Shown here: one piece after another, positions 45,514 through 58,241 of the stretch | Layout of the letters: every line of letters starts with the position of its first letter | How positions within the stretch are numbered: the stretch's first letter is position 1 | Assembly: GCA_000004985.1 (NCBI GenBank) | Contig: GG738920.1 | DNA from: Naegleria gruberi | Lineage: Eukaryota | DNA: 64,000 bases | Strand: one strand, 5' to 3' | Program-made: the position numbers and the translations under genes | Notes under the pieces: generated by a model | What the model saw: the letters and a program-made list of their open reading frames with translations, nothing else | Databases searched by the model: none | What the model was told of the DNA's origin: nothing

Positions 45514-46029
45514 ATGAAAAAAATGACAGCAAACCATTCCATCCTAGCACTATTTATGAAAGTGTTCATTACCTACATGTGGTTTGAACCAATTTTCTGT
45601 GAAATTGTACTCGGCTTGTTGTTATTCTTCTTTCCAACGAATGAATTTGTGATTAATTCATTTGTTCACACACCACTCTTCAATGCCATGAAAGAATCAC
45701 TTCCTATTCATGATAGTTTGGCCTTTCTGATGAGATTTATTTCAATGTTATTAACTATTTTTGGAGGTTTACATTTACTGTTAATGGTTGCTTGTAATTA
45801 TCATCAAAGAGATGTGGAATCTCAGAATAAGTGGTCTAAGAATGTTCTCTTCAATGCAATGGTGGCCATTCTGTTGGTTGGTGATTGTTTTCATGTGTTG
45901 TGTGTTTTAACATTGGACGGTTCTTTGAAATCTCAAATTGTTTATCAACTTCCATTAACTATTTACTGTATAATAGTGAGGGGCATGTTTATTATCATGA
46001 ATCAATTCAAAATGTTGAATGATTTTTAG
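45514..46029 (+). CDS. Small multi-pass membrane protein 'Y' copy 3 (171 aa), divergently paired with X copy 2
   Basis: MKKMTANHSILALFMKVFITYMWFEPIFCEIVLGLLLFFFPTNEFVINSFVHTPLFNAMKESLPIHDSLAFLMRFISMLLTIFGG...; four hydrophobic segments. Confidence 0.5.
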   Translation: MKKMTANHSILALFMKVFITYMWFEPIFCEIVLGLLLFFFPTNEFVINSFVHTPLFNAMKESLPIHDSLAFLMRFISMLLTIFGGLHLLLMVACNYHQRDVESQNKWSKNVLFNAMVAILLVGDCFHVLCVLTLDGSLKSQIVYQLPLTIYCIIVRGMFIIMNQFKMLNDF

Positions 46030-46288
46030 ATCATGAATACGGGATATTAACAATATAATAATAATAATAATAACAATAATATGCTGACTAGTTAAAATAC
46101 TCCGATGAAAGAAGATCTTTTTTCCTTAATATTTCATCCTACATCAAGAGAGGGATGAAAGTAAATTGCTGTTGTGTGTTTTTCAAAGCCTTGATGAAAT
46201 TAAGGTATCAACCGTTACGAGAAAAAAAATAGCGCAACATTAAAGGCTTGTTCCTCAACCTCCTTCAAAATTTTAAAGAAGTAATAGG

Positions 46289-48108
46289 ATGAAGAAGACA
46301 ATAAACGGTGGGAATAAGGTAAGGAGCACCTCACCTCAATCTACAGCCTCCAATAATTCAACATCATCATCGGCATCATCTTATAGCTCGAAGAGAACTG
46401 CTTCTCCACAACAATATTCACCAGTGATGAGGTCTGGTCGATCATCAAGAAATTCCATGGGTTCTCCTAGAACATCTGTTGGAGGCTCACCTCAACATGA
46501 TGAATTATCTCACTCTATTGAAACTATAACACCAATTAAGAGAATGAATGATGATTCAAGTCTTTCCGAATTTGATGATTCTCCTAATACTAAAACTGTA
46601 AGTTAATTGTTGTGCATAATATTATTCACTACTACTAATAGTTATACAATGAACAAAAGGATTTGAGAGAAAGAGTTGATCAATATCTTAAAGAAGCTTT
46701 TGAAAATAGGCTTGCTTCAATGATGAATTTGAGAGTGCAAATGGAGGAATTAGCAAGTGCACACAAACAAGAAGAGGATAATTATGTTCATACTATTAGG
46801 GAAATTCTTAGAAGAAGTACTTTTGAAAATGAAAGGAGAAGAGAAGTAGAGTCGAGTTTGAAAGGAAAATTAAATGAAGTTGAAGGAAAACTGAAAACAG
46901 AGTTTATTGAAAAACAAAAAACCTATGAAGAATTCCAAAATTTCAAAGAGAAGGGTACTTCAATTATTTATCGATTAAGAGATTCTTTGAAAAAGATTAC
47001 AGAAAAGTACAAGGAAGAAAAGCAGAAAAACTCATCATTGAAAAAACAATTGAAAGAATGTGAAGATGCTTGGGAGGATGAAGTGAAAAAGAGAGAAAGA
47101 TTTGAATCCATCATTAATGAAAAACAATCATCAAATGATATTATTTGGCAAGAAAAGTTTGCAAGAATGAAGGAAAAGAATGTTCAATTATTGGATGAAA
47201 TCCAAGAATTAGAGGAAAAGCTTCATTTACAACAAGAAAAAGCAATTTCAGCTTCAAACAATGGTGAATCAGAAGATTGGAAAAAGAAGGAAAAAGTATT
47301 TGAAACTAAAATCAAAGAATTCCAAAGACTTTTGGAGGAAGAAGAGTCACTAATTGAAGACTTGAAACGAAAGCTTTCCATAAAGCAACAAGAAAATTCA
47401 GAATTATCAAAAGAATTAGAAAGAGTCAAATTGGAAAGAGGTATGAGTAAGGAAATTCTTGATACAACATCAGTGGAAATACCAAAAGAATATTTAGATG
47501 TCTATACTGAAATTAAGGGGTTGTTGGATCCAGAAGATAATAAGAATCTTCAAATGGATGCTAATCCTCAAGATAAGATTAAGGCTCAAAATAGATTCAT
47601 CAGATTATTGCTTACAAAATTAAAGTCAGAAGAACATAATAGAGTTAAAACACACAAAGAAAATATTTCAATCGTACTAGAACAAGAAAAGACCATCTCA
47701 TTCCTGGAAAAGAAGATTAGAGAATTGGAAAATATTGTCATTGAACAAAAAGAACAAGCTCAAAAGGAGAGTTTGAGAATTTCTAAACTTGTAAAGGGTG
47801 AACAAATTGATGAGGAAGCAGATGATGGTAAACTAAGAGAACTTGAACAGAAATTAGATATTATCACTCAAGAAATGAATAATTCCATTAGGTCAATTCA
47901 AGAAGCTAGAGAAGAAAAAATGATTTTAGAAGAAGAAATCGAAGAAGAGGATGATGAAGAATTCACAACACATAGTTTAAAAGAAGAAGAAACAGAACCA
48001 CTAGAAACTAATGAAACAGAGGAAATAATTGAAGAGAGATTGAGTATCAGTGATAATAGTCAAGATGAATTAATTGCTGATTGTAAAGAAGATGATGAAG
48101 ATGTTTAA
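46289..48108 (+). CDS. S-rich N-terminus plus long E/K-rich coiled-coil protein, 2 exons (intron about 46601..46662)
   Basis: Exon 1 ends ..PNTKTV|GTAAGTTAATTG. Exon 2 ORF 46663..48108 has extended heptad coiled-coil (LKKQLKECEDAWEDEVKKRERFESIINEKQ...) and acidic tail. Confidence 0.5.
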
Positions 48109-48480
48109 TCTTTCTTTTCTTCTTGCTTTTTTTTGAATCGTTCAATAATTGCCTTTGTACTATAATCTTTCAAATTACCTTCACTTAATAAAATGTTTCT
48201 AACAGCATGTAATTCCTTTTCTCTTATTTTCTTTTCTTCTTCAGTCAATTCAGGTTCTTCTTCTGAAAGTGATGAATATAAAAATCCTCCAATAACAAAT
48301 TGAACAATTACAACAGCAGAAACAGCTCCCCAAATTAAACGATCATGATTTGAATAGGAAACTATCATTCCATTCAATAAATAATAATAGGCATAATAAA
48401 ATCCAATTAATGGTAATGTAAACATGCAAATTGTAGCTATAATTAATTTGTTTCTAGCTGTTGAATTGATTGGATTTCTT
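48105..48480 (-). CDS. Small membrane protein (about 110-120 aa) with acidic C-terminal tail
   Basis: ORF 48105..48425; two hydrophobic helices (LIGFYYAYYYLLNGMIV, VSAVVIVQFVIGGFLY); a possible short upstream exon. Confidence 0.3.
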
Positions 48481-48554
48481 TAACATTCAACAATTATAAT
48501 ATTTTAAGTTTAAATATAAATATAATTAAATATATGATTATTATAATAATACTA

Positions 48555-48887
48555 TTAAATGACGTACAATATAGTTGGAACAAATGAAGGATTAGGAGGT
48601 AAAACCTTTGGTTTTTCTTCATTAGATGTTGTTGTATTCTGTTGTTCCAATGTTGTTGTTGTTGTTGTTGCTGATGATGATGAATTCAAAGCCTTCTTCT
48701 TCTTCTGTTCTTCCTGTTTTACTTTAATATATGGTTTCAAATCTTCATCATCTCCAAATTCCTTCAATTCTTCTTCCGTTAATTCTAATTCTTCATTCAA
48801 TAATTCTTCATCATTCATTTCCGAAACCTTTTTCACTACTGGTTTGGCATCTTTTGATGCTGATGTTAATGTGGATGATGATATCAT
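48555..48887 (-). CDS. Small acidic S/T-rich protein (110 aa), unknown
   Basis: Intact ORF; EELLNEELELTEEELKEF acidic helix, poly-T tract. Confidence 0.3.
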   Translation of the reverse strand: MISSSTLTSASKDAKPVVKKVSEMNDEELLNEELELTEEELKEFGDDEDLKPYIKVKQEEQKKKKALNSSSSATTTTTTLEQQNTTTSNEEKPKVLPPNPSFVPTILYVI

Positions 48888-49091
48888 ATTTTTTTTTATT
48901 TTCTTTTAAAATTATTAATAAATTATTTGTAATTGTTTTGTAAAAAAATCTAATTTAGAAAAAGATTCCAATTAGAATCAAACAATCTTTTCACATTGAG
49001 TGATTTAAATATTCAATTTTGAATTTGAAAAAATTAAAAATCAAAAATTGAACTTCCACAATTTAAAAAAATATTAAAAAAATATTAAAAA

Positions 49092-51461
49092 ATGTTTGCA
49101 GGAGATCACGGTCGGAATATTCTCCAACTAGTCGAAGATGACGACGATCAGGTCATTAATTTATCAGACTTTGAATTTAACTTGAATTTACAAACACAAA
49201 TACAAGAATTGGAACCCATTCGTGAATTTTCCAAACAAATTTCATACATTTCGCACCAACAACAACAAGAAGCCTTTTCATTCCAAGATCATCAAGATCA
49301 TGATCACCAATTTAACGTTAAATTATGTCAAGATGATTGGTTCATGATTCTCGATTACATTCCATTCCCTGATTTTTGTAAATTTTCACTTGTTTGTTCA
49401 TCATTTGCAGAATTATTAACTTTTAATAGGAGACATTTGGTGATGAGAGGAATTTTGAAGGATTTTCCATCACTATTAAAAGATCATCATTTTACCACTG
49501 TAGAATCATTGGGAATGTTGGCAAGTGAAAGATCTCCGAGTGATGATCTCTCCAATTTTCAAAAATCATTATTCTCTGATATGATTTATTTCCTTATAGA
49601 GAAGAAGAGATATAAACAAAATTTATGGAAATTCATTGAAATGGATAAAATTAGAGAAATGGATGAGAGATTGTTCATTTTACCATTTAGATCATCAATG
49701 ATCATTAACAGTTTTTATGATTTTTTGGATATTCCACAAGAATTGTTGAATTGTAAAAAATTTATTATGAAATTTTTTGAAATTATTCCAAAGGCTTGTT
49801 CAAAATTTTTCATATTTTTAAATGAAAATTTGAAAAATGATGAGGAAATTGTCAAATTGGCTGTTTCTAATAATGGATGGTTGATTAAATTTGTTAAAAA
49901 TCCAAATAAGGAAATTGTTAATTTGGCATTTCAATCTAAATATAGATTTGACATTTCTCCCACTTATAATCAATATAGAAAAGTATTTGAAAAATATAAT
50001 GATAGTTTAATTCACTTATCAGATTCATATTATGAATTATTAGATGAAAAATCAATTGTTTCTGATTATAGAAAATCAAAAAAAACAAATGATAATTCCT
50101 TATTTAGAAAATATATACAATTAGATTCTAAATATGGATTTAAAAATATTCAATTTCTATTATTATTTGCCTATTTTGAACAATCACCTGAATTGAAAGA
50201 TGTTCTTTTATATTACTATTATAATACTAATAATACTACTAAAAATAGAAAACATTACTTATATGTCGATGATTTAATTACTGACATGATGTGTTTTCCA
50301 GACATGTTTGAACCATCACTTTCCAATATAATTCAAGTTCCTACTCAAATATTAAATTGTAAAACTAGAGAAATAACCATCTCACAAATATTAAATAGAA
50401 TATTAAATGATAATTTTACATTTAATACTATATTAAATAATGTTAATATGAAATTTACAAAATCAAGTATTGAATATTTAAGAAAAAGATTAATTCATCA
50501 ATCCAAAGTTACACCACTCTTTACACGTCTCTATTTTACAAAATATTTTGAAATTAGAAATGAAAATGATGAAAATAATGAAATTAGGAATGAAATTAGG
50601 AATGAAAATGATGAAAATGAGAGAATTAAATTATGGAATGAAATTTCCAAATGTAGAAAATTAAATTTAAAAATGCTCAAATATTATCCAAATTATTATT
50701 CACAATTGAGTGATGAATTTAAGAATGAAAAGGAATTTAAAGCAATTGCAATGGAAAATTTAAAGTGCAATTTGAAATATTTTAATGTGGAAAATAATGA
50801 TGATGAATTTGTAATGGCACTTTCTGGTAATTTTAAAAGAAATATTAAAATATTGAAAAGTAAATATGGAAAGGAAAATATTAAGGAAAGAATTAAACGA
50901 ATTTTCCAACAAGAAAATGGAAGAATTCGTAAAGAATGGTTAAATTGGCCACGTGTCTATGATTTATATCAATTCCATCTTTGTTATTTATATACTGATA
51001 TGGAACATGTATTTACCACTGAAGATCAAATTGAAATGATTGATCATGGAACACCTGCAATTGTTAAGAAAATTGCCATAACCAATGATGAAAGAATTTT
51101 AGAAAGAATTCGAATGAAGAATTTATTGGACATTTGGTTTTCAACCAATTCAACTAGTTTCATGGTAGTAACATTTAGATATTGTTTGAGTTATAAATCA
51201 CATCAAGCTGTTTATAGAGCTTTGGATAGAACTTTTATTACATTACAAAAATCTGATCAATTTTTATCAAAGGTTTTACAAGTGGTTCCTAAATTTGTAA
51301 AGGTATTTTTCACAGTTAGAAAATCATATTATTATGATACACGTACTGTTATTGATTTCCCATTTGAATTAATTAGAGAACTTGCATTGGAAAATCAGAG
51401 AATTGTACATTATTTACCTAGAAATATTCAAAAGAGATTGAAAAATCCATTCTCCCTTTAA
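49092..51461 (+). CDS. F-box-like N-terminus plus DUF4116-repeat protein (789 aa); its 3' two-thirds lie inside the left arm of the inverted duplication
   Basis: DDWFMILDYIPFPDFCKFSLVCSSFAELL (F-box-like); NENLKNDEEIVKLAVSNNGWLIKFVKNPNKEIVNLAF (DUF4116-type repeat); NDENNEIRNEIRNENDENER low-complexity insert. Confidence 0.6.
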   Translation: MFAGDHGRNILQLVEDDDDQVINLSDFEFNLNLQTQIQELEPIREFSKQISYISHQQQQEAFSFQDHQDHDHQFNVKLCQDDWFMILDYIPFPDFCKFSLVCSSFAELLTFNRRHLVMRGILKDFPSLLKDHHFTTVESLGMLASERSPSDDLSNFQKSLFSDMIYFLIEKKRYKQNLWKFIEMDKIREMDERLFILPFRSSMIINSFYDFLDIPQELLNCKKFIMKFFEIIPKACSKFFIFLNENLKNDEEIVKLAVSNNGWLIKFVKNPNKEIVNLAFQSKYRFDISPTYNQYRKVFEKYNDSLIHLSDSYYELLDEKSIVSDYRKSKKTNDNSLFRKYIQLDSKYGFKNIQFLLLFAYFEQSPELKDVLLYYYYNTNNTTKNRKHYLYVDDLITDMMCFPDMFEPSLSNIIQVPTQILNCKTREITISQILNRILNDNFTFNTILNNVNMKFTKSSIEYLRKRLIHQSKVTPLFTRLYFTKYFEIRNENDENNEIRNEIRNENDENERIKLWNEISKCRKLNLKMLKYYPNYYSQLSDEFKNEKEFKAIAMENLKCNLKYFNVENNDDEFVMALSGNFKRNIKILKSKYGKENIKERIKRIFQQENGRIRKEWLNWPRVYDLYQFHLCYLYTDMEHVFTTEDQIEMIDHGTPAIVKKIAITNDERILERIRMKNLLDIWFSTNSTSFMVVTFRYCLSYKSHQAVYRALDRTFITLQKSDQFLSKVLQVVPKFVKVFFTVRKSYYYDTRTVIDFPFELIRELALENQRIVHYLPRNIQKRLKNPFSL

Positions 51462-51545
51462 CCAAATATTAAAAAATATATTTATTATTTTCATCATTTA
51501 TTGCCATATTTGAAAATTCAATTTAAAAGGTAAAAAAAAAAACAA

Positions 51546-52577
51546 TCAAGGTATTCCTTGTATTAAATCTTGAAGTATTTCATGACTTGTTGAATCTAAT
51601 TTACAATTGGTTCTATTTTGTCCAGACCACAATTGAGAAAAGTCGAAATTTAATTCTCTCTCCAAATGATTTCTCAGTGGTGTGAAATAATTGGTTGATT
51701 TTGGAAAGGGTGGTGCATATTCTGAAATAGTTCCAATTTCTTTCATTGCTCTATTTACAATGGAACGAGCAGGTCTTCCTGTGAATATATTAGTCACTGC
51801 AGTTGGTAATGAAACATCTGTCAATAACTGTTTATATTTAACAGTTGATTCCTGACATGTTAAAAATACAGTTCCACATTGAACACCACTAGCTCCCAAT
51901 TGAAATGCTGCTGTTACTGTCTGTGCATCAACAATTCCACCAGCAGCCACAACAGGTACCTTCACTTTCTTTACAATTTGTGGTAGGAGTGAAAATAATC
52001 CCATTTGAGTGGAAATATCATTTGATAAAAACATTCCTCTATGTCCACCTGCTTCTATTCCCTGTGCAATTATAATATCCACTCCATTCTCTTCCAAATA
52101 AAGTGCTTCTTCAACTGTTGTAGCACTTGACATGATTCTAATATTCATCCTTTTCAATTCCTTTACAATTTCTTTAGAAGGTAAACCAAAATGAAAGCTA
52201 ACTACAATTGGTTTAAATTCATTCAATACAGGAATAATATTTTCATTGAAAGGTAATCTGGAAATTGAAGAAGAAATTTTAAATTCCACATTAAATTCTT
52301 GATAATATTTTTCAATTATTTGGCGCCATTGATTTTCATTTTTAGTATTATTGGGATTTTCATGACAAAAGAAATTTAAATTGAATGAATGATCGGTGGC
52401 TAATTTAATCTTTTTAATTTCTCTTCTCATTTCTTCAATATCTAACGTGGCACATGGTAATGAACCTAATGCTCCAAATTTGGAAACTTGAATGGCGAGT
52501 GTGGAGTTTTGAGCACCAGCCATTGGAGCTTGAATAATCGGATATTTGACTTTGAGCAATCTCTTGATTGGATTCAT
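51546..52577 (-). CDS. Nitronate monooxygenase (2-nitropropane dioxygenase-like, FMN-dependent), copy 1
   Basis: YPIIQAPMAGAQNSTLAIQVSKFGALGSL N-terminal NMO signature; GIEAGGHRG; VVAAGGIVD glycine-rich FMN-phosphate motif. 343 aa. Confidence 0.8.
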   Translation of the reverse strand: MNPIKRLLKVKYPIIQAPMAGAQNSTLAIQVSKFGALGSLPCATLDIEEMRREIKKIKLATDHSFNLNFFCHENPNNTKNENQWRQIIEKYYQEFNVEFKISSSISRLPFNENIIPVLNEFKPIVVSFHFGLPSKEIVKELKRMNIRIMSSATTVEEALYLEENGVDIIIAQGIEAGGHRGMFLSNDISTQMGLFSLLPQIVKKVKVPVVAAGGIVDAQTVTAAFQLGASGVQCGTVFLTCQESTVKYKQLLTDVSLPTAVTNIFTGRPARSIVNRAMKEIGTISEYAPPFPKSTNYFTPLRNHLERELNFDFSQLWSGQNRTNCKLDSTSHEILQDLIQGIP

Positions 52578-52921
52578 TTTTTTTGATTATGAGAATGTAT
52601 TAATTTCGAATTGTCCACCCGATTTTGTAAACTTTGTAAATCTTTACAATAATATTATGCAATATTGATAAGGATTCTTTTTTTGAAAATTCCGATTTGT
52701 GAACCAATAAAACAAGCCTTGAAAATGCGCCATGTTTTTTTTACATTAAAATCAACTAGTTGGTGGTGAGAATCATCGTCATACAACAAATTGACATTAC
52801 GCAACTCCTTACCACATAATGTTCTTTTCAGAGCCTTGTTGTTGTGTGATCAAAAAAGCCTCGACAGAATAAAAGCCTTTGATGATGGAATTTTTTAATT
52901 TAAATTTAAATTTAAAAAAAA

Positions 52922-53629
52922 ATGTTCACCAAGACTCTCCGTTCCGGACTCATCACCAAGAAGAATATTATCGGTTTTGCTACTCAACAAGTTAGAAGCA
53001 AACATCAATTACCAACATTGGACTATGCTGTCGAACAAGGTATTCATCCAGTTATTACTGCTCGTCAATTAGATTTCCACTACAATAAGCATCACAAGAC
53101 CTATGTTGATAAGCTTAACGCATTGGTTGAAGGTACTTCATTTGAATCTCAACCTTTGGATGCTATAATTCAAAAAGTAGCCTATGATAGTGACCCAAAG
53201 AGTGTTGCCATCTTCAACAATGCTGCTCAACATTTTAATCACTCCTTCTATTGGAAATCATTGGTTCCAGGTGGTGATAAGATTGAAAACTATCCACTCA
53301 TTAAACAAGAAATTGAAAAGCAATTCGGTTCCGTTGATGCTTTCAAACAACAATTCACTGAAAAGGCTACCACTTTGTTCGGTTCTGGTTGGACTTGGTT
53401 AGTTTTGGATGGTACTTCATTGAGAATTTGGAATGGTTCTAATGCTCAAACTCCAATTGCTGAAAATTTAATTCCATTGCTCACTTGTGATGTTTGGGAA
53501 CATGCTTATTATTTGGATCATCAAAATAGAAGACCAGATTATTTGAAGACTTTCTGGGAAGCAGTTAACTGGGGATTCGTCAACAAGTCACTCCAATTTG
53601 CTGTTGAACAATCTAGTATTAAATTGTAA
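52922..53629 (+). CDS. SOD2: Mn/Fe superoxide dismutase with N-terminal presequence (mitochondrial MnSOD-like), copy 1
   Basis: LPTLDYAVEQGIHPVITARQLDFHYNKHHKTYV and DVWEHAYYLDHQNRRPDY (D-x-W-E-H-A-Y-Y signature); 235 aa with basic, Ser/Thr-rich leader MFTKTLRSGLITKK. Confidence 0.9.
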   Translation: MFTKTLRSGLITKKNIIGFATQQVRSKHQLPTLDYAVEQGIHPVITARQLDFHYNKHHKTYVDKLNALVEGTSFESQPLDAIIQKVAYDSDPKSVAIFNNAAQHFNHSFYWKSLVPGGDKIENYPLIKQEIEKQFGSVDAFKQQFTEKATTLFGSGWTWLVLDGTSLRIWNGSNAQTPIAENLIPLLTCDVWEHAYYLDHQNRRPDYLKTFWEAVNWGFVNKSLQFAVEQSSIKL

Positions 53630-53885
53630 TTTAATTACTATTACTACACTATATAGTAAATAATAATATAAAAAGGATTTAATTTATTAAGCCTAACTTG
53701 TTTGAATTTTTACTACATTCTTCCACTGATCAATTGAATGGTTAGTCAATTAATTCCGAAATAATAATCAAAGCTCATAATAATATTCCTAAATCAATTA
53801 TTCAGTAATCAAAAGAATAAATTTATATTTGAAATTTTAAAGCTGTTTACAGGTCGGAGTAAAATTTATTGGTTGCTAAGGATAG

Positions 53886-55178
<1,293 letters not shown>

Positions 55179-55239
55179 CTGAGATGCTAATAATAAATAA
55201 TGATATTGTAATTTAAATAATAATATTTAAAAAAATAAA

Positions 55240-55938
55240 TTATAAATGTGGAGGTGATTGAGGAGGTGAAATTCTTGAAATATTTAAAATAGAAGTATCT
55301 TCTAATTCTTCTTCATCAATATATTGAATAATATATTGAGTATTAGGTGATGATAATAAACCTTGATTTAGTAAATTTGACATATTTCCATTATTAGAAT
55401 TATTATTAGAACCATTATTATTTGAACTATTATTATTATTATGATTAGGTATATATATGGAAGTATTCATATCATGATAATGGATTGGATTAAATTGATT
55501 TATAAAATCATCATCACTTGAACTATCATATTCATCATCATCATCATCATCTTGATCTTCTAACATGACATCATCTTCACTATCTTGTTGAAAATTTCCA
55601 TTTATAGTAGTATTATTATTATTAACAAAATGATTTTGTTGTTGTTGTTGTTGATGTTGTAAAAATTTAATATTTGCCAATAAATCAGGTGGAGTATCCA
55701 ATGCTATTTTAATATTATATATTTTTGTTTGATATTCCTTTTCGAGACGATCCAATACTTCACCATCTAGTATATTATTATTATTATTTTGGAAAGTTAT
55801 TAAATTATTATTATTATTATTATTATTTGTATTATTTAAAATATTGTTATGATGAGAATGTTGATGTGATTGCATTTCCATACATTTAATTGGAATATCC
55901 AATGGAAATATTAATGTCATATTATTAAACAAGTCCAT
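55240..55938 (-). CDS. N-rich/acidic low-complexity protein (232 aa), unknown
   Basis: Intact ORF dominated by poly-N, poly-Q and poly-D tracts. Confidence 0.35.
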   Translation of the reverse strand: MDLFNNMTLIFPLDIPIKCMEMQSHQHSHHNNILNNTNNNNNNNNLITFQNNNNNILDGEVLDRLEKEYQTKIYNIKIALDTPPDLLANIKFLQHQQQQQQNHFVNNNNTTINGNFQQDSEDDVMLEDQDDDDDDEYDSSSDDDFINQFNPIHYHDMNTSIYIPNHNNNNSSNNNGSNNNSNNGNMSNLLNQGLLSSPNTQYIIQYIDEEELEDTSILNISRISPPQSPPHL

Positions 55939-56077
55939 TTTAATGATAATGTTGATGATGATTATAATAATATTAAGGTATGCTTAGAGTAAATATAATG
56001 TTGATGATTAAGATGATGGTAAAATGAATAATATTAAGGTTATTGTTGTTGTTGATGATTGTGAATATAATTTTTTA

Positions 56078-57046
56078 CTATTTCTTTTTATTGTTTTGTT
56101 GTTTTCCAATTTTTGGCGCCAACAAGTGAAATTCCCTCTCAAGATCCTTTTTAATAATTTTAAATTTGGCATCGAGTTGATTCCACACATTATCATACCA
56201 TTCCTGTTCTTTTTCAATATCATTATTAAAAGACATGATATATTCATAATGTGAATTAGCCTCTTCAAAATTATAAACAAATCCAAATTTGAGAATTTGA
56301 ATGGCAAATATGAGAATTTTCATAGAGTGAAACATTGATTTTAATCCAACTCTTAAATCATGTTCAACACATAATTTCTTTTTAGTTTTAATATATGAAT
56401 TTGATGATTTTCTACTGAATGGTGATCTGAATGATGATTTTTCAATTCCTGTTTTAATATTTGTAATGAAATATTTTTCATTTTCAATTAAAATACAATT
56501 TTCAATTCTTTCTCTATTTTTAATTTCATTCAAATTATTATTATCATTATTATTATTATTATTACTATTATTATTACTATAATAGGAAAGTGATGCAATT
56601 TCAAATAAACTTTGATCTAGAAAATATTTCAATTCAAATTCAAATTGAATTTTTTTGTAAATATTAATATCTAATAAATCAGATCTAAAACTGATACAAT
56701 TTTCATTTCTATTTGGAATTGAATCTTGTTGAATAATTTCCTTTTGAGATTCTAATAGAATTTTATCATTTTCAACTTCAAACCATTTCAATTTATCTAT
56801 TTTTGGAAGAGTGAAATCATTTTGAATAATCATAAATAAATCATAATCTGAATTTTCATCATGACAATTGTAGAGTCTACTTCCGACCAAATATAAATTA
56901 ATAATGGAATTGAGTGGGAAATTTAATTCATGACAAATGAATTCTATCAGTTGATTTTTAGAGGTGAATTTATTTCCAAGCACTGCTTGAAACTGATCAA
57001 CACTAGTCACATTACTTGATGTATTCATCATCATCATGGTTGACAA
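56078..57046 (-). CDS. Nucleotidyltransferase-fold protein (Pol-beta superfamily; Cid1/non-canonical poly(A) polymerase-like motif), 322 aa
   Basis: LYLVGSRLYNCHDENSDYDLFMI fits hG[GS]-x9-13-D-h-[DE]-h of minimal NTases (compare Cid1 FGSFVSGLYLPTSDIDLVV). Poly-N tract mid-protein. Lies at the centre of the inverted-repeat spacer. Confidence 0.4.
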   Translation of the reverse strand: MSTMMMMNTSSNVTSVDQFQAVLGNKFTSKNQLIEFICHELNFPLNSIINLYLVGSRLYNCHDENSDYDLFMIIQNDFTLPKIDKLKWFEVENDKILLESQKEIIQQDSIPNRNENCISFRSDLLDINIYKKIQFEFELKYFLDQSLFEIASLSYYSNNNSNNNNNNDNNNLNEIKNRERIENCILIENEKYFITNIKTGIEKSSFRSPFSRKSSNSYIKTKKKLCVEHDLRVGLKSMFHSMKILIFAIQILKFGFVYNFEEANSHYEYIMSFNNDIEKEQEWYDNVWNQLDAKFKIIKKDLEREFHLLAPKIGKQQNNKKK

Positions 57047-57207
57047 ATGGATAATGAGTTGTTGTGTAATTTTTTCTGAAATAATAAATCGTCATGTATT
57101 TCAAAATTGCATCACAGAGTAATCAATTTTAAAATAATTAAATAATCAAATTCATTCCGATAAAGATCAATCAAGTTAAAGAGAATTTTTAATAAGTTAG
57201 AAATAAT

Positions 57208-58241
57208 TTAGAGTTCACCCTTGGCAGCCAAAGAACATTTCTTAGCTTGTTCAAGGTAAGCCTTTTGAGCAGCTTCAACATTTTCCTTCTTACCAGCCCA
57301 AGTTCTAATAGTAGAATCTTGCAAAGCTCTACCATAAGAGTATGAGATAGCCCAAGGCTTTGGAGCATTAACCTTATTGATGGCATTCAAAGTTTCAACA
57401 GCTTGTTGTTCTGATTGACCACCAGACAAGAACATAATACCTCTAACAGCAGGTGGGACAGTGGAAGTCAAAGCATCAATAGTGTATTCAGCAATCTTCT
57501 TATCATCTTCAGCCTTAGTTGGAGAATTGTTACCTGGCAAGACCATGTTAGGCTTTAAAATAATTCTATTCAAGTTAACATTGTGTTGAATCAAAGCTTG
57601 GAAAACAGAAGCCAAAACTCTCTTGGTAACATTCAAAGAAGTTTCAATATTGTGTGATCCTTCCATAACCAAAATTTCTGGTTCAACAATAGGAACCAAA
57701 CCATTTTGTTGACAAATAGCAGCATATCTAGCCAAAGTTTCAGCATTTTGAGCAACACAGAGTTGAGATGGCAATCCATTATCAGAGACCTTATAAACAG
57801 CTCTCCACTTGGCAAATCTAGCACCTCTAGCATAGTACTTTTGAATTCTCTTTTCCAAATCATCCAAACCTTGAGTGGCAGTTTCACCATCAGTGCCAGG
57901 CAATTCCTTAACACCCAAATCGAGTTTAATACCTGGAACGACACCACTTTCAGTCAACAATTCAGCAAAGGCCTTACCACTGAGAGTAGATTGGAACAAG
58001 GTTTCTTCATACAAAATAACACCAGAAATGAATTGAGTGTATTCCTTTGGTGCAGTGAAGAGCAATTCTCTGTAAGCTTGACGATTAGCTTCAATATTTT
58101 CCAATTGAATCTTTTCGAAACGCTTGCCAATGGTAGAAGTAGATTCATCAGCAGCCAAGAGACCCTTTCCTCTAGCAACCATCATTTCGACAGTCTTGTC
58201 CAATTCAGCACCGAATTTTCCGCAGATATCAATGTGAGCCA
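57208..58241 (-). CDS. FBA: Fructose-bisphosphate aldolase, class I (Schiff-base type), about 344 aa
   Basis: Start ATG at 58239-58241 (MAHIDICGKFGAELDKTVEMMVARGKGLLAADESTSTIGKRFEKI...). Conserved LLFTAP, GIKLDLG, ILKPNMV (Schiff-base Lys region), LSGGQS, and C-terminal ISYSYGRALQ. The 390-aa ORF includes an upstream in-frame extension unlikely to be coding. Confidence 0.9.
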
